The notes under the pieces were generated by a model, which saw only the letters and a program-made list of their open reading frames with translations, was not told the origin of the DNA and searched no databases. Shown here one piece after another: positions 22,148 through 31,536 of a stretch of DNA of 64,000 nucleotides. Where the stretch lies: contig CAVTZU010000015.1 in assembly GCA_963739305.1 (NCBI GenBank), forward strand, positions 32,001 through 96,000. Reading direction: 5' to 3'. This DNA is from Candidatus Bathyarchaeota archaeon. Lineage in GTDB: Archaea > Thermoproteota > Bathyarchaeia > Bathyarchaeales > Bathycorpusculaceae. Within the stretch, counting starts at the first letter, position 1; each line of letters opens with the position of its first letter. Both the position numbers and the translations under genes were made by a program.

Positions 22148-22180
22148 AGTTGTTGTTTTCAATTTTTGTGGGTTGGAGCG
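22148..22180. repeat. 33-bp imperfect direct repeat, copy 2
   Basis: AGTTGTTGTTTTCAATTTTTGTGGGTTGGAGCG. Confidence 0.7.
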
Positions 22181-22244
22181 CGAGCGTGATGCGAGCGCGA
22201 CATAATGAGCGCGCGCTAAGGGGCGGGCTTGACTTGGAAAAGGG

Positions 22245-22445
22245 TGGTGGGGCCGGGCGGATTTGAACCACCGACCTTTACCCAGAGCAGTGCACGAAGC
22301 GCCGCTCCTACGGGTTTCTTCTGACAGCTCCAGAACCTCTTCATCCCTTTTTGAGGTCCGTAAACCCGTCACTACTTTCTGGAGCCCGTCGTCATACTTG
22401 ATCCGATCGATCGATCGATCGATCGTCTGCCTAGACTACGACCCC
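22245..22445 (-). tRNA. tRNA-Trp(CCA) with three introns (22398-22426, 22316-22378, 22278-22309)
   Basis: Removing 29+63+32 nt gives a 77-nt cloverleaf: GGGGTCG TA GTCTAGGCAGGTATGAC G ACGGG CTCCAGA CCCGT AGGTC GGTGG TTCAAAT CCGCC CGGCCCC ACCA. Confidence 0.88.
22374..22397. repeat. 24-bp perfect direct repeat, copy 2 (att-like core)
   Basis: Identical to 16896-16919. Confidence 0.9.
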
Positions 22446-22589
22446 GCTCCACACGGAGAATCACATCGCACAATTCGAATATATGTATTGTTGCGGCTTC
22501 AGCAAAACCTTCAGCATGGGCATAATGGAGCAAGACGCTCCGCGTTGAAGCGATAAGCTTATGAGGAGAAAGTCAACGTGTACTGTGGG

Positions 22590-22711
22590 GTTCGCCGGCC
22601 ATAGGGCGCGGGTCCCACCTGATCCCATACCGAACTCAGAAGTTAAACCGCGCTCCGTTTCCGGCTGTAGTATGGTCTTCGGCCATGTCAACCCGGGAAA
22701 GCTGGTAACCC
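22590..22711 (+). rRNA. rrf: 5S rRNA (stand-alone)
   Basis: GGCCATAG...GATCCCATACCGAACTCAGAAGTTAA 5S signature; terminal helix GTGGGGTT/AACCCCAC; ends approximate. Confidence 0.93.
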
Positions 22712-22804
22712 CACTTCAAATCAGTCTGGTTAGCCTTCTGATTTGGAGGAAAATTACCCAAAACTTATAACTAACCCTAACACGTGTGTTCCGAAGGTGA
22801 GTTT

Positions 22805-23947
22805 GTGAGCCAAACAGCGGCACTGTTCAGCATACAAAACAAGGTCACTGCGCAATTCGGCAGCGACAACATATCCTGGGTACTCAACATACTTTTCTAC
22901 GTGATCTTCGTTGTCTTCATCTTTTACGGTCAGAGACTGCAAACGTATGTGATGATCAGAGAAGTTGAGGGCTCACTGTACAAGCTCAAGTACATCAAGG
23001 AAGAAGGCCGCAAAATCGCGATTGAAACGATAAAGGAAATCGGTAAACCACAAGCAGACCCGGCTTCTCGAGTAGACAGGTTCCTGGAGTACTTCACGAT
23101 AGGTCCACAGAGCCTCGACCCAGCCGGCATCGTTTGGAAGCTTGAACACATTCTGGATGTGAGAGACGCACGGTTCAAGGATGAAGTGAAACTCATGGCT
23201 CCAGCAGCCGATGAAACACAGACCAACAATCTTGAGAACACGCTTGAGGCAGCCAGCGCGCTAAACTTTATCTACAAAGTCATAAGGCACTATTATCTCC
23301 TCGGCAAGAAGACCCTTAGCTTGTACGTTATCATGCAGATACAGATGATTCTGCCCATGATAATGAAGGAAGCAGAGGCTTACGCGAGTGCGCTCAAAGC
23401 GTTTGCGTATGGCCAGCCTATAGGCGACGGAGCCGGAGCGCTTGTGGCCGCAAAGCTGATGCACGGTTATGAAACGCGAAAACTGGAGAAAGACTGTGTC
23501 GTCGCAACCGTTCCGTTTGAGGGACGAACGGCCTTCGTGATAAAAGCCGAGGGCCCTGGAGGAAACGTGGGTAAGCCTGGAGACGCGGTGAAACAGGTCG
23601 TTGAAGAGAACGAGGGTAAGATTGCGATGATAGTCATGATTGACGCTGCCCTCAAACTTGAGGGTGAGAGCTTGGGCGAAGTTGCTGAGGGTGTTGGGGC
23701 AGCCATCGGTGGACCGGGAGTCGATCAGTTCAAGATCGAAGAGGAACTCGTCAAGTACCACATTCCGATCAACGCCCTCGTTGTCAAGGAGGATATCGGG
23801 GACGCGGTTTCACCGCTCCGCAAAGAGATTTTCGATTCAATCAGCACGGTGATAGATAGAATCAAGCAAGTGGTCTCCGAGAGGACAAAAGAGGGAGACA
23901 GTATAATAATCGCCGGAATCGGCAACACCATTGGAATTGGACAGTAG
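22805..23947 (+). CDS. DUF1512 family protein
   Basis: PIGDGAG, KAEGPGGNVGKPG, IDAALKLEGE, GIGNTIGIGQ; TACK-type family. Confidence 0.85.
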   Translation: MSQTAALFSIQNKVTAQFGSDNISWVLNILFYVIFVVFIFYGQRLQTYVMIREVEGSLYKLKYIKEEGRKIAIETIKEIGKPQADPASRVDRFLEYFTIGPQSLDPAGIVWKLEHILDVRDARFKDEVKLMAPAADETQTNNLENTLEAASALNFIYKVIRHYYLLGKKTLSLYVIMQIQMILPMIMKEAEAYASALKAFAYGQPIGDGAGALVAAKLMHGYETRKLEKDCVVATVPFEGRTAFVIKAEGPGGNVGKPGDAVKQVVEENEGKIAMIVMIDAALKLEGESLGEVAEGVGAAIGGPGVDQFKIEEELVKYHIPINALVVKEDIGDAVSPLRKEIFDSISTVIDRIKQVVSERTKEGDSIIIAGIGNTIGIGQ

Positions 23948-23958
23948 GAGATGAGAGA

Positions 23959-24372
23959 ATGAGCCAGACCAAAGCGACAGCCCCAACGACCAGGATTTCA
24001 GCCTTCCTGCTCATGGTAGTGTTCGTGACACTCGCACTTTCGTTTGTGGCACTGGTATTCGCGGTGTACGCTCTTGACCAGAACACTGAAGCCGCGTATG
24101 TTCTAATGCTGCTGGGCTTAATAGGAGTCGCCATATCCACGTACGTGCTGTACCAGACGAGAAGACGACTTTCAAAACTGAAGATCGTTGTTCCCCCAGT
24201 GTTGACCACGCTTGAATGCTCGGCGTGTCATGAAAAGGACACGAGAGAATTTCTGCGCGGCGACTACATATTCAAAGATGGCGAAAAATGCAAGAAGTGC
24301 AACGGAAGAACGTTGATAACAGCGATATACAGGGAAGTCAAAGACAAAGAAAAAGATAAGACGCCTTTCTAG
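23959..24372 (+). CDS. Membrane protein with C-terminal zinc ribbon
   Basis: Two TM helices, then CSAC...REFLRGDYIFK...CKKC...ITAIYRE. Confidence 0.8.
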   Translation: MSQTKATAPTTRISAFLLMVVFVTLALSFVALVFAVYALDQNTEAAYVLMLLGLIGVAISTYVLYQTRRRLSKLKIVVPPVLTTLECSACHEKDTREFLRGDYIFKDGEKCKKCNGRTLITAIYREVKDKEKDKTPF

Positions 24373-25274
24373 GTCAGAACAACGCATCCGTTTTCAACGA
24401 TCAAAACCGTGTGCTCGGCCTGGGCAACCGTTTTTCCGCTTGCTTCAACGAAAATCGGGTACTGCATCAACGTTTTAGCCTTCAACAATTCACGGAAAGC
24501 CTCATCGTGATGCTCTTGTGGAACCACGTTCTGTAACCAGCGTTCCGCAAACGGTAAGGTTCTGAAGTTGTCCTCGATGTATTTGAGAAGTTTTCTGGCA
24601 TGGGGGTTCTGGATTGACCTTGACTTTAGAAAACGGAAAATCGTGACTTGATCTCCGTTTTCAACTCTTCCGGCGGCGGTTGGAACAGTAACGAAAGGTT
24701 CGATGGCGTAGACTCCTCCGAGCTTGATTTTTGAAGAAAAAAGCTGTGAAACGTTGGGCAACGAGGTGCCCGTGTGAACCACGTAACGGCCGATCTGGTG
24801 ACCAGTGAGATTAGAGATTGGTTTGAAGCCGCGGGATTTGATCGTGGTCTCTATTGTTGAGCCGAGTTTCGAGGTGGATATGCCAGGTCGAATGGTTTCG
24901 ACTGCTGCTTTCAGCGCTCTTTCAGCTGTGCTCACTAGATCCTTGTACTCAGGGCTGAGGCACACTGTGACGGCCGTGTCGGTCAGGTAGCCGTCGACGT
25001 GGGCGCCGATGTCCACCTTCACGACCGAGTTTTCTGGGATGACTGATTTGTCGCCAGGCGGTGAAGTGTAGTGCGCGGCTACTTCGTTGATTGAGACGTT
25101 GCATGGAAACGCGGGTTTTGCGCCTTTTTTCATTATTAGTTGTTCGGCTTTTTCGCAGACGTCGATGATCGGCATTCCTTCGTGTACGAAGGTTTTCATT
25201 TCCTCGCGGGTCTCGCGGAGGATCTTGCCTGACAGTCGGAGTTTTTCAGAAGCTTTTTCGTCAAATTCGGTCAT
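24369..25274 (-). CDS. map: Type II methionine aminopeptidase
   Basis: AFPCNVSINEVAAHYT, DIGAHVDGYLTD, NLTGH, AIEPF, AQAEHT. Confidence 0.96.
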   Translation of the reverse strand: MTEFDEKASEKLRLSGKILRETREEMKTFVHEGMPIIDVCEKAEQLIMKKGAKPAFPCNVSINEVAAHYTSPPGDKSVIPENSVVKVDIGAHVDGYLTDTAVTVCLSPEYKDLVSTAERALKAAVETIRPGISTSKLGSTIETTIKSRGFKPISNLTGHQIGRYVVHTGTSLPNVSQLFSSKIKLGGVYAIEPFVTVPTAAGRVENGDQVTIFRFLKSRSIQNPHARKLLKYIEDNFRTLPFAERWLQNVVPQEHHDEAFRELLKAKTLMQYPIFVEASGKTVAQAEHTVLIVENGCVVLT

Positions 25275-25326
25275 CTGCGTCACGCTTCGCTCTTATCGTC
25301 GCTTGCGGTCCAAGTCGTATTAATGC

Positions 25327-26457
25327 TTATCTTTTGATGTGGAACTTGTCGACAACGTTTTTTGCTTTTTCCCGTTTCCTTTGGAAATCGGCGAGGAACT
25401 CGTTGACTCTTGTTGCGAGTTCTTTCTTGCAGTCGCCGCACAGGGTTTCGCCGGACTTGCATTTCCGGTGTCTTTCTGCGAGTTTCTTGTCGTCTGGTTC
25501 GAAGAGGTAGAGGAAGTACTGGAAGACGGTGCAGATGTCAGGTTCGGCCCCGAGCTTTTTCTGTTCGGCGACGGTTCCTCTGCCGCCTGTGAAGGCTCTC
25601 CAGATTTTCTGCGTGACCACTTCGGGTCGGTCCGTGGTGAAAATCGCGGTTTCCGGTTCGGAGGCGTTCATTTTGCCGCCGACGCCCAGGCCTGGAAGGA
25701 AGCGGTTGTGAATCTGGGCGGGCTTGTAGTAGCCGAGTTTTTGGGCGATGTCGCGGGTTATTCGCCAGTACGGATCCTGGTCTATCGCGGCGGGGATGAG
25801 GCACGGAAGGTTTTCGCCCGTGAGTTTCTTGTGGATGAAGCATGGCACGGCCTGTACTGCTGGGTAGAAGATCCAGCCGAGGTTGGTGCTGTCTTGAAAA
25901 CCAAACGTTGCCTTGGCGGTTGAGTAGGTTATGCGTTTGCCCACTTCGAGTGCGATGTCGTAGAGGAGGTCGATGTCTTCCACGTCGTAGATTATGAAGG
26001 TGTCTTCAGGCTTGAACCCGAGGGCGATGACGTCGAGCGCGTTGTCATAAGCCATTTGTGTGGTTTCAGACAGGACGCGTTCATCGTCGATGACGAATTT
26101 CTCGTCGTCGGTCATCTGGAAGTAGAGCCTCGCTTTGAACGCGTCTTGGAGTTGTTTTGTGAATATCCATGGAACAAGATGCCCGATGTGGACTGGTCCC
26201 GATGGGCCTCGTCCGGTGTAGAGTACGAATTTGATGCCCTTGTCATACAGGTCGAGTACGGTGTCTAGGTCTCGGTGGCTGAAGAAGAGTTCTCGGCGCA
26301 GTTGGAGGTGCACGCCGCCCATGTATTTTCCGAGTCTCTGACGTAATTGTTCTGTCAAGGGTTGTGTTCCGAAGTCTTTTATGAGTCGTTCATAGTCGAC
26401 TTTGCCCTTGACTTCCCATGGGGTAACGATCATCTCGTTCTTTTCTTCATCGGTCAA
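25327..26457 (-). CDS. trpS: Tryptophan-tRNA ligase
   Basis: VTPWEV, YTGRGPSGPVHIGH, DQDPY, KMNAS. Confidence 0.97.
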   Translation of the reverse strand: MTDEEKNEMIVTPWEVKGKVDYERLIKDFGTQPLTEQLRQRLGKYMGGVHLQLRRELFFSHRDLDTVLDLYDKGIKFVLYTGRGPSGPVHIGHLVPWIFTKQLQDAFKARLYFQMTDDEKFVIDDERVLSETTQMAYDNALDVIALGFKPEDTFIIYDVEDIDLLYDIALEVGKRITYSTAKATFGFQDSTNLGWIFYPAVQAVPCFIHKKLTGENLPCLIPAAIDQDPYWRITRDIAQKLGYYKPAQIHNRFLPGLGVGGKMNASEPETAIFTTDRPEVVTQKIWRAFTGGRGTVAEQKKLGAEPDICTVFQYFLYLFEPDDKKLAERHRKCKSGETLCGDCKKELATRVNEFLADFQRKREKAKNVVDKFHIKR

Positions 26458-26598
26458 TTTCCTGAAACCGCCTTAAACCTAGCCGTATACAATTAGTAAA
26501 AAGCGTATTAAACGTTACTTGTAACCATAAGAGGCAGACACAGTGTTTGAGAATCTATTTATAGCGAATGTTCCAGAGTGAAAACCGGAGAGCGAATC

Positions 26599-27126
26599 AT
26601 GGTGAAAATCGAAGAGATACTCACGCCGGGCGAGAGAGTTATCAAAGTGCAAGAGAAAATCACTTTAGGCAACAAGGCAGGAATGCCGATGGGCGACCTT
26701 TACCTGACCGACAGACGCTTGATCTTTCTTCACAGCAAGGCGTGGTCAATGCTGTCACCTGTGGGGCCATACGTGTCACCAGCTGGAGCTCTTCTGGGCA
26801 AGACGGTGGCAATTCAGTTGCAGGACATAAGGTCGGTCAGCAAGAACGTTCTTGGCTACTTGAAGGTTCAAGCTGACACGGAATATCAATTCAACGTGTC
26901 ATTCGTGCGCACCAAGGAGTGGGTCGAAACCATTCAGCAGGCCATTCAGTCAAGCCGTCAGGCGCCGCTGCCTCCGCCGCCCCCTCCTCCGACGCAGAAC
27001 CCCACCTTCCCGCAGCCTCCGAGACCTCCGGTCTCAGCAAACGCGTTCTGCACTCGTTGCGGCAACCTGCTAATGCCTGAAGACAAGTTCTGCCGCAGAT
27101 GCGGTGCACCCGCTAGGCAAGAATAG
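26599..27126 (+). CDS. PH/GRAM-like domain protein with Pro-rich linker and double zinc ribbon
   Basis: GDLYLTDRRLIF; poly-Pro; CTRCG...FCRRCG. Confidence 0.75.
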   Translation: MVKIEEILTPGERVIKVQEKITLGNKAGMPMGDLYLTDRRLIFLHSKAWSMLSPVGPYVSPAGALLGKTVAIQLQDIRSVSKNVLGYLKVQADTEYQFNVSFVRTKEWVETIQQAIQSSRQAPLPPPPPPPTQNPTFPQPPRPPVSANAFCTRCGNLLMPEDKFCRRCGAPARQE

Positions 27127-27217
27127 ACATCTCCACTGGACATCGCTCACGTCGCGTAGCGCGTGCTAACAAGGTTGAACTGGATATTAGATAGAAAAAA
27201 GTTGGATGGAAGAGGCG

Positions 27218-27625
27218 CTAGACGTACTTCTGTTCTCGGTCGCAATACCAGCGTTGATACTGCTGAATGTACCTTAGTGGGCTTCCACACGTTGGACATG
27301 TCGGTGTCGCCGGAGCGACTGGCTGTACAGGAGCTGCAGGAGCCGCAGTAGGCATTGGACCTCCGCCCATTCTTCGGTTGAGCATCACGATCTCATCGTA
27401 TATTCTGAATTGTACGACCATGTACTCGCAGAGAATTCGCCAGAAGAGGTTTCCGAAGATTAGCAGTAAGATCCCTGAAACGATAGCTATGGCTGCTCCT
27501 CCTACGCTAAAGGCCCCGAGCATGACGACGATGGACAGTAACGTTACTCCGATGGCGCCCAGTATGTAGATCACCATGATGAATCCGGGGGTGATGAACC
27601 GTTTGAAACTCAAGTATTCGCTCAT
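27218..27625 (-). CDS. DUF4282-like membrane protein with C-terminal zinc ribbon
   Basis: SFKRFITP...WRILCEYMVVQFRI; CPTCGSPLRYIQQYQRWYC. Confidence 0.75.
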   Translation of the reverse strand: MSEYLSFKRFITPGFIMVIYILGAIGVTLLSIVVMLGAFSVGGAAIAIVSGILLLIFGNLFWRILCEYMVVQFRIYDEIVMLNRRMGGGPMPTAAPAAPVQPVAPATPTCPTCGSPLRYIQQYQRWYCDREQKYV

Positions 27626-27770
27626 TTAGATTCTTCCTTCCTTCTGAATCGGCGCTCTCTTAATATAAGCCTTTAATCGCGAGAAGGCGACGCGTTTGAG
27701 CCTCAGGTCAGGTGAAGCAACCAGAAATCTTAATTCAGAGAAACGGCGAATGAGGTTTGGAAGGAGCTGA

Positions 27771-28079
27771 GTGTCCAACGATGCGTCATTTTTCCTGGTG
27801 TTCGGGATTGTTTTTCTGGCAGCGGGGATATTCTCGGGTTACGCGTTGTACTTTGCCTACCCGAACGTCATTACTGACATGATGAGCGACGCGCAACCGC
27901 CGATAGCTGGCCTTTTTGCGCCGTTGCTGCCCGTGATCTTTTTCGCCGTCGGTCTGATAATGATGTATTACTTTTTCCGTCCTTCCAAACAAAGAGGTTT
28001 TCCGCGCACAGCAAGTGCGCACGCAAGGCGCAACACGAAGTTAATACTCTTAGACATGCTCAGAGGAATAGAAGGCTAG
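27771..28079 (+). CDS. Small membrane protein
   Basis: Two TM helices; GGAG SD before GTG. Confidence 0.55.
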   Translation: MSNDASFFLVFGIVFLAAGIFSGYALYFAYPNVITDMMSDAQPPIAGLFAPLLPVIFFAVGLIMMYYFFRPSKQRGFPRTASAHARRNTKLILLDMLRGIEG

Positions 28080-28124
28080 AACCAAAAAGACGCCTGTACG
28101 TGCCTTCAGTTAGCTGAAGCTGCT

Positions 28125-30385
28125 TTAGGAGTTTGTGTCTTTTTGGCTGGAATCAGCATTCTTGTTGGGCATTTTTGGTTTTTTCATTCTCTTCGTTGCT
28201 GCGAGGGCGACGGCTATTATCATTGGAGCAGCAAGCAGTATCAGGTTCGGGTATTCTGGCATGGTTGAGGCTGTTAAGCCATAGATATCCTGGGACCATT
28301 GTGGCAAGTAGCTGGTTCGGTTGTAGTTGTTGAGCATGTCTCTCCATTGGTTGTCGTCAAGTCGTGTGGTGCCTGTAAGCGGGAACTCGTAGTATGAGAA
28401 CACGGGACCCACGGCGGTTACCAGGGTGCCGTTTGGCAACGGGAACAATGCGACCAGGTCGTATACGTAGCCTGTGCCCACGTGCAGAATTTGAGGTGGA
28501 TATTGGAGATCTCCAGGCGGGAACGTTGCGACATCGGCTATCACGGGCGCGTCCAGGATCATTTGATAATCGGCCTCCCTAGCGATGCTGTTCAGCAAGT
28601 TTGGGTACCATCCAATGAAGCCTCCGCACATTATCATACAGGAGCTTTGGAGAAATTGAGTTTCGTCGGTTGTAAGTGGCTGTTTCGCTAGTTCTCGTTG
28701 GGAGATGTCTTCGAAGGTGCCTGAGTAGTTCGCGATGGTTTCCAGTGAGGAAAGCACGACGCGGTTTGCGTAGATTCCTAGCGTTTTAACTGCGTTGAGT
28801 GTTTCTTGCGCGAGCAACTGAAGTCTTGAGTAGAAGGTCGGGTTGGGTTCGACGAATGCCTCTGGGTAGCTGCATGATATTCCGATTCCATACGTTTGTT
28901 TTGCGTAGAGTATCGTGTCGTGTCGGAGTTGGGCCCAGCTTCCGAGGGCGGTGTTCAGTTTTTCGTCTTGCCATGCGGTTGTCTTCATGAAGTCTGGGTA
29001 GTCGCTGGTGTAGTTTATGTTGACTAGGCTCTGGAGCATGTGTATCCATGATGTGTAGGATGAGTAGGTCCAGTTTTCTTCTGTCAGGCTTTCAAACTCT
29101 TGTTGCAGGCTGTTCAAGTTGGCTTGAAAGCCTGTGTAGCTCGAAGTCGGGTGTCAACAGTTGGTAGGCGCGTTGGCTTCCGAGGACGGCGAAGAGGTCT
29201 AGGCCTTTGGGGAGGATGCGTCGGTCTTGGGTGCTGTTATAGCCGACTTTGTCCCAGATCAGGTTCTGGAATATGTAGGAGTCGGGCACGAATCTTTGGC
29301 CCATGAACTGGAAGACGAGTGGGTAATTTGGCAAAGTGGATCCCGGCGTCTGTGAGATCAGAGCTTGTGATAGGATTGATTGGCCGTATTCGGGTTTGCT
29401 GAGTTCCTGTCTTAGGGTGTTCAAGGCGTTTCCTTGGGTGGCTATATCGAGGTATTCTTGGTGGTCGCCGAAGGCGTTGTGCAGTGCGGTTTCCAGGCTC
29501 AGGAGGTTTATCGAGTCGCTTTTTCCGATGAGGGCGTCGGTGATGTTGTACAGGAGCTGCCAGTTTTGATATTCATGTTGGTTCCGTTTCATTATGTCCC
29601 GGATGTACACGATAGCGACGTCGTCTATGTGTGGGTTGGACCAATCGTAGGTTTCGTTGTTCCTAGATATGAATACCGGGAACTGGCCGTACCACATCAT
29701 GGTGTGAAAGTAGTCCTCAAGCTGTGGAACGCCGACATAGTGGCCGCGAACCTTGAACTGGCTGAAATCATACTTGTACTTCCACATTGTAAGGTGAGAC
29801 GGGCAGACGCCACATTCCAGCGGACACGAACTGAAGGCTTGCGATGTTGTTGAGGTAGAAGGCAACGTCGCTTGACAGTTCCTGTGGCACGGTGACCGTG
29901 GTGTTGGTGAGCAGGGACAAGGCAACAGCGAAGTAGACGGTTGAGTTGCTTATGGCCCAGTACTTCTGTGAGCCGTCATGAGTGATGGCGGCGTAGTCGC
30001 TGCACGACGTGTTGTATGCGTATTGTGTCATTTCGAGCAGAATCGGGTAGAATGTTTGGTTCTCGAGGATTCGAAGGGAGCAGTCGAAGACTACGTGGAA
30101 CATGTGGAGGATTGAGTCGGTGGTCACTATCACGGGCAGGTCGTCCATGTAGACCATTCCGTAATGGTCTTCGAATCTTGGTGTTTTCGAGGAGTCGAGG
30201 ATTACGAACCCGTACTGGCTGAGCATGTTTTGCTGAGCCTCCGTAAGTCCGAAGACGTTTTTGACCTCATCGTAATAGAGTGCTTCTGATGGTGAAAAAG
30301 CAGCTTTTACTGGTGAAATGCCAGCGAGGGCTGAGAAGAATAACGATAAAGCGAGGAAAATAACGACTAGAATAATTTTCTTCAT
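28125..30385 (-). CDS. DUF3160 family surface protein with PEF-CTERM-like tail; two frameshifts (~29775, ~29141)
   Basis: VTTDSILH, DFSQFKVRGHY, FMGQRFVPDS, LGSWAQLRHDTILYAKQ, GPVFSYYEF spread over three ORFs; signal peptide; PEYP + TM + KRMKK. Confidence 0.85.
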
Positions 30386-30591
30386 GTCTTCATGCGTCCC
30401 CCTGAAAGCGTGCTGTCGAAAGGAGACAATGCCGCGCATCCCCGAGACTTCAATCAGCGAGGTTCTATTTAGTTCTAATCATTGGCACGTCTGGTTCTAG
30501 TTGTTAGCACGGTTCACGGTCAGAGTATCGTTCCAACGTGGACTATCGAAAAACCTAAAGCAGTTGAGTCTGCAATTAGGTCTGAAGAGAA

Positions 30592-31251
30592 ATGAAGCGA
30601 ATCCTTCTTGTAGTCATAGGTCTGGTATTGATCGCAACAGTAGGGTTGTTATCGTTCTTTGTCTTCTGGTACGTGCCGAACACGCTTGGCAGACAGTATG
30701 TTTCAGTGTCGTTTCAGCCGCTGTTCTACGGCGGGTTTTACGGCGGTGAAAACTTTTTGCATCTGGTTTATGAGGGCAGAGCAATCAACGCGTCGTTTGT
30801 GTCGGTTGCGGTTAACATAACCAACAGTTACTTTGTTCCTGTTCAGTTCGGTTACAACGGGTTCGACGCGGTTTGGTTGATCTATAGTCAACGTGTCTCT
30901 GACCCGTCGGATATCGACGGCAACAGGGCGGCGTTGGTTTATGGGGCGTATTCCAGCTTGAACATGTGGATCGAGCGTTACGCAGGGATAAGGGCTTTCT
31001 CAACTGGCGGCTACCAAACGTATGATGCTATGAAGAGCTTCGTGAATTTCACGGCAACAATCAATCCTGGAACGGCTGTTAGAAATCAGGACTTGTTCTT
31101 TACCGGGTCCAACAAGCCTGATTGCTGGTTGGGTCGCTGGTGGCTTAACAATTCTGACGTGTCTCCTGGCACTTACTTCATGTACTGCATTATTCTAGGC
31201 ATTCCGACTGGTCCACTGAACGTGACGGTTACTTCAATATCCGACAGTTGA
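30592..31251 (+). CDS. Membrane-anchored hypothetical protein
   Basis: N-terminal TM anchor; beta-rich with NxS/T sequons. Confidence 0.7.
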   Translation: MKRILLVVIGLVLIATVGLLSFFVFWYVPNTLGRQYVSVSFQPLFYGGFYGGENFLHLVYEGRAINASFVSVAVNITNSYFVPVQFGYNGFDAVWLIYSQRVSDPSDIDGNRAALVYGAYSSLNMWIERYAGIRAFSTGGYQTYDAMKSFVNFTATINPGTAVRNQDLFFTGSNKPDCWLGRWWLNNSDVSPGTYFMYCIILGIPTGPLNVTVTSISDS

Positions 31252-31401
31252 TGGCACACACTTGCCTGAGAAATCGGAAAAGGCCAGCGCGCAAAGTGAC
31301 TTGTTACATTTTGCTATTCTTCTAGCGTAGACAGAAGTGATTTCAAAATTAATAATTGTTACAAAACCCTTGTAGAAAAAAGCGCGCTATGTGGAAGCGG
31401 A

Positions 31402-31536
31402 TTACTTCAACCCATCCTTGTACCATTTGCCGCACTGTTTACTTTGAGACTCTTTAGAAGATTCGTCTCGGAGGAAAACCCGATACTTCCTGCAGAAACC
31501 TTCGCCCCTGAACTCTGGACAGTTGTCACATGGCAT
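31402..31536 (-). CDS. Small Cys-rich protein (44 aa)
   Basis: MPCDNCPEF...FCRKY...CGKWY. Confidence 0.4.
   Translation of the reverse strand: MPCDNCPEFRGEGFCRKYRVFLRDESSKESQSKQCGKWYKDGLK

Larger units (their letters stand above)
16926..22244. mobile_element. Putative tRNA-Trp-integrated genomic island (no integrase seen)
   Basis: Lies 3' of the intact tRNA-Trp and ends at a duplicated tRNA-Trp 3' part; accessory gene content. Confidence 0.55.

Noticed and set aside
21980-22372. 130-aa ORF as a possible Int(C) fragment
   Set aside because: It overlaps the tRNA and the antisense strand of the 21301 gene, and has no tyrosine recombinase R-HxxR-Y motifs.
22461-22770. ORFs 22461-22691 and 22561-22770
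   Set aside because: They overlap the 5S rRNA and are spurious.
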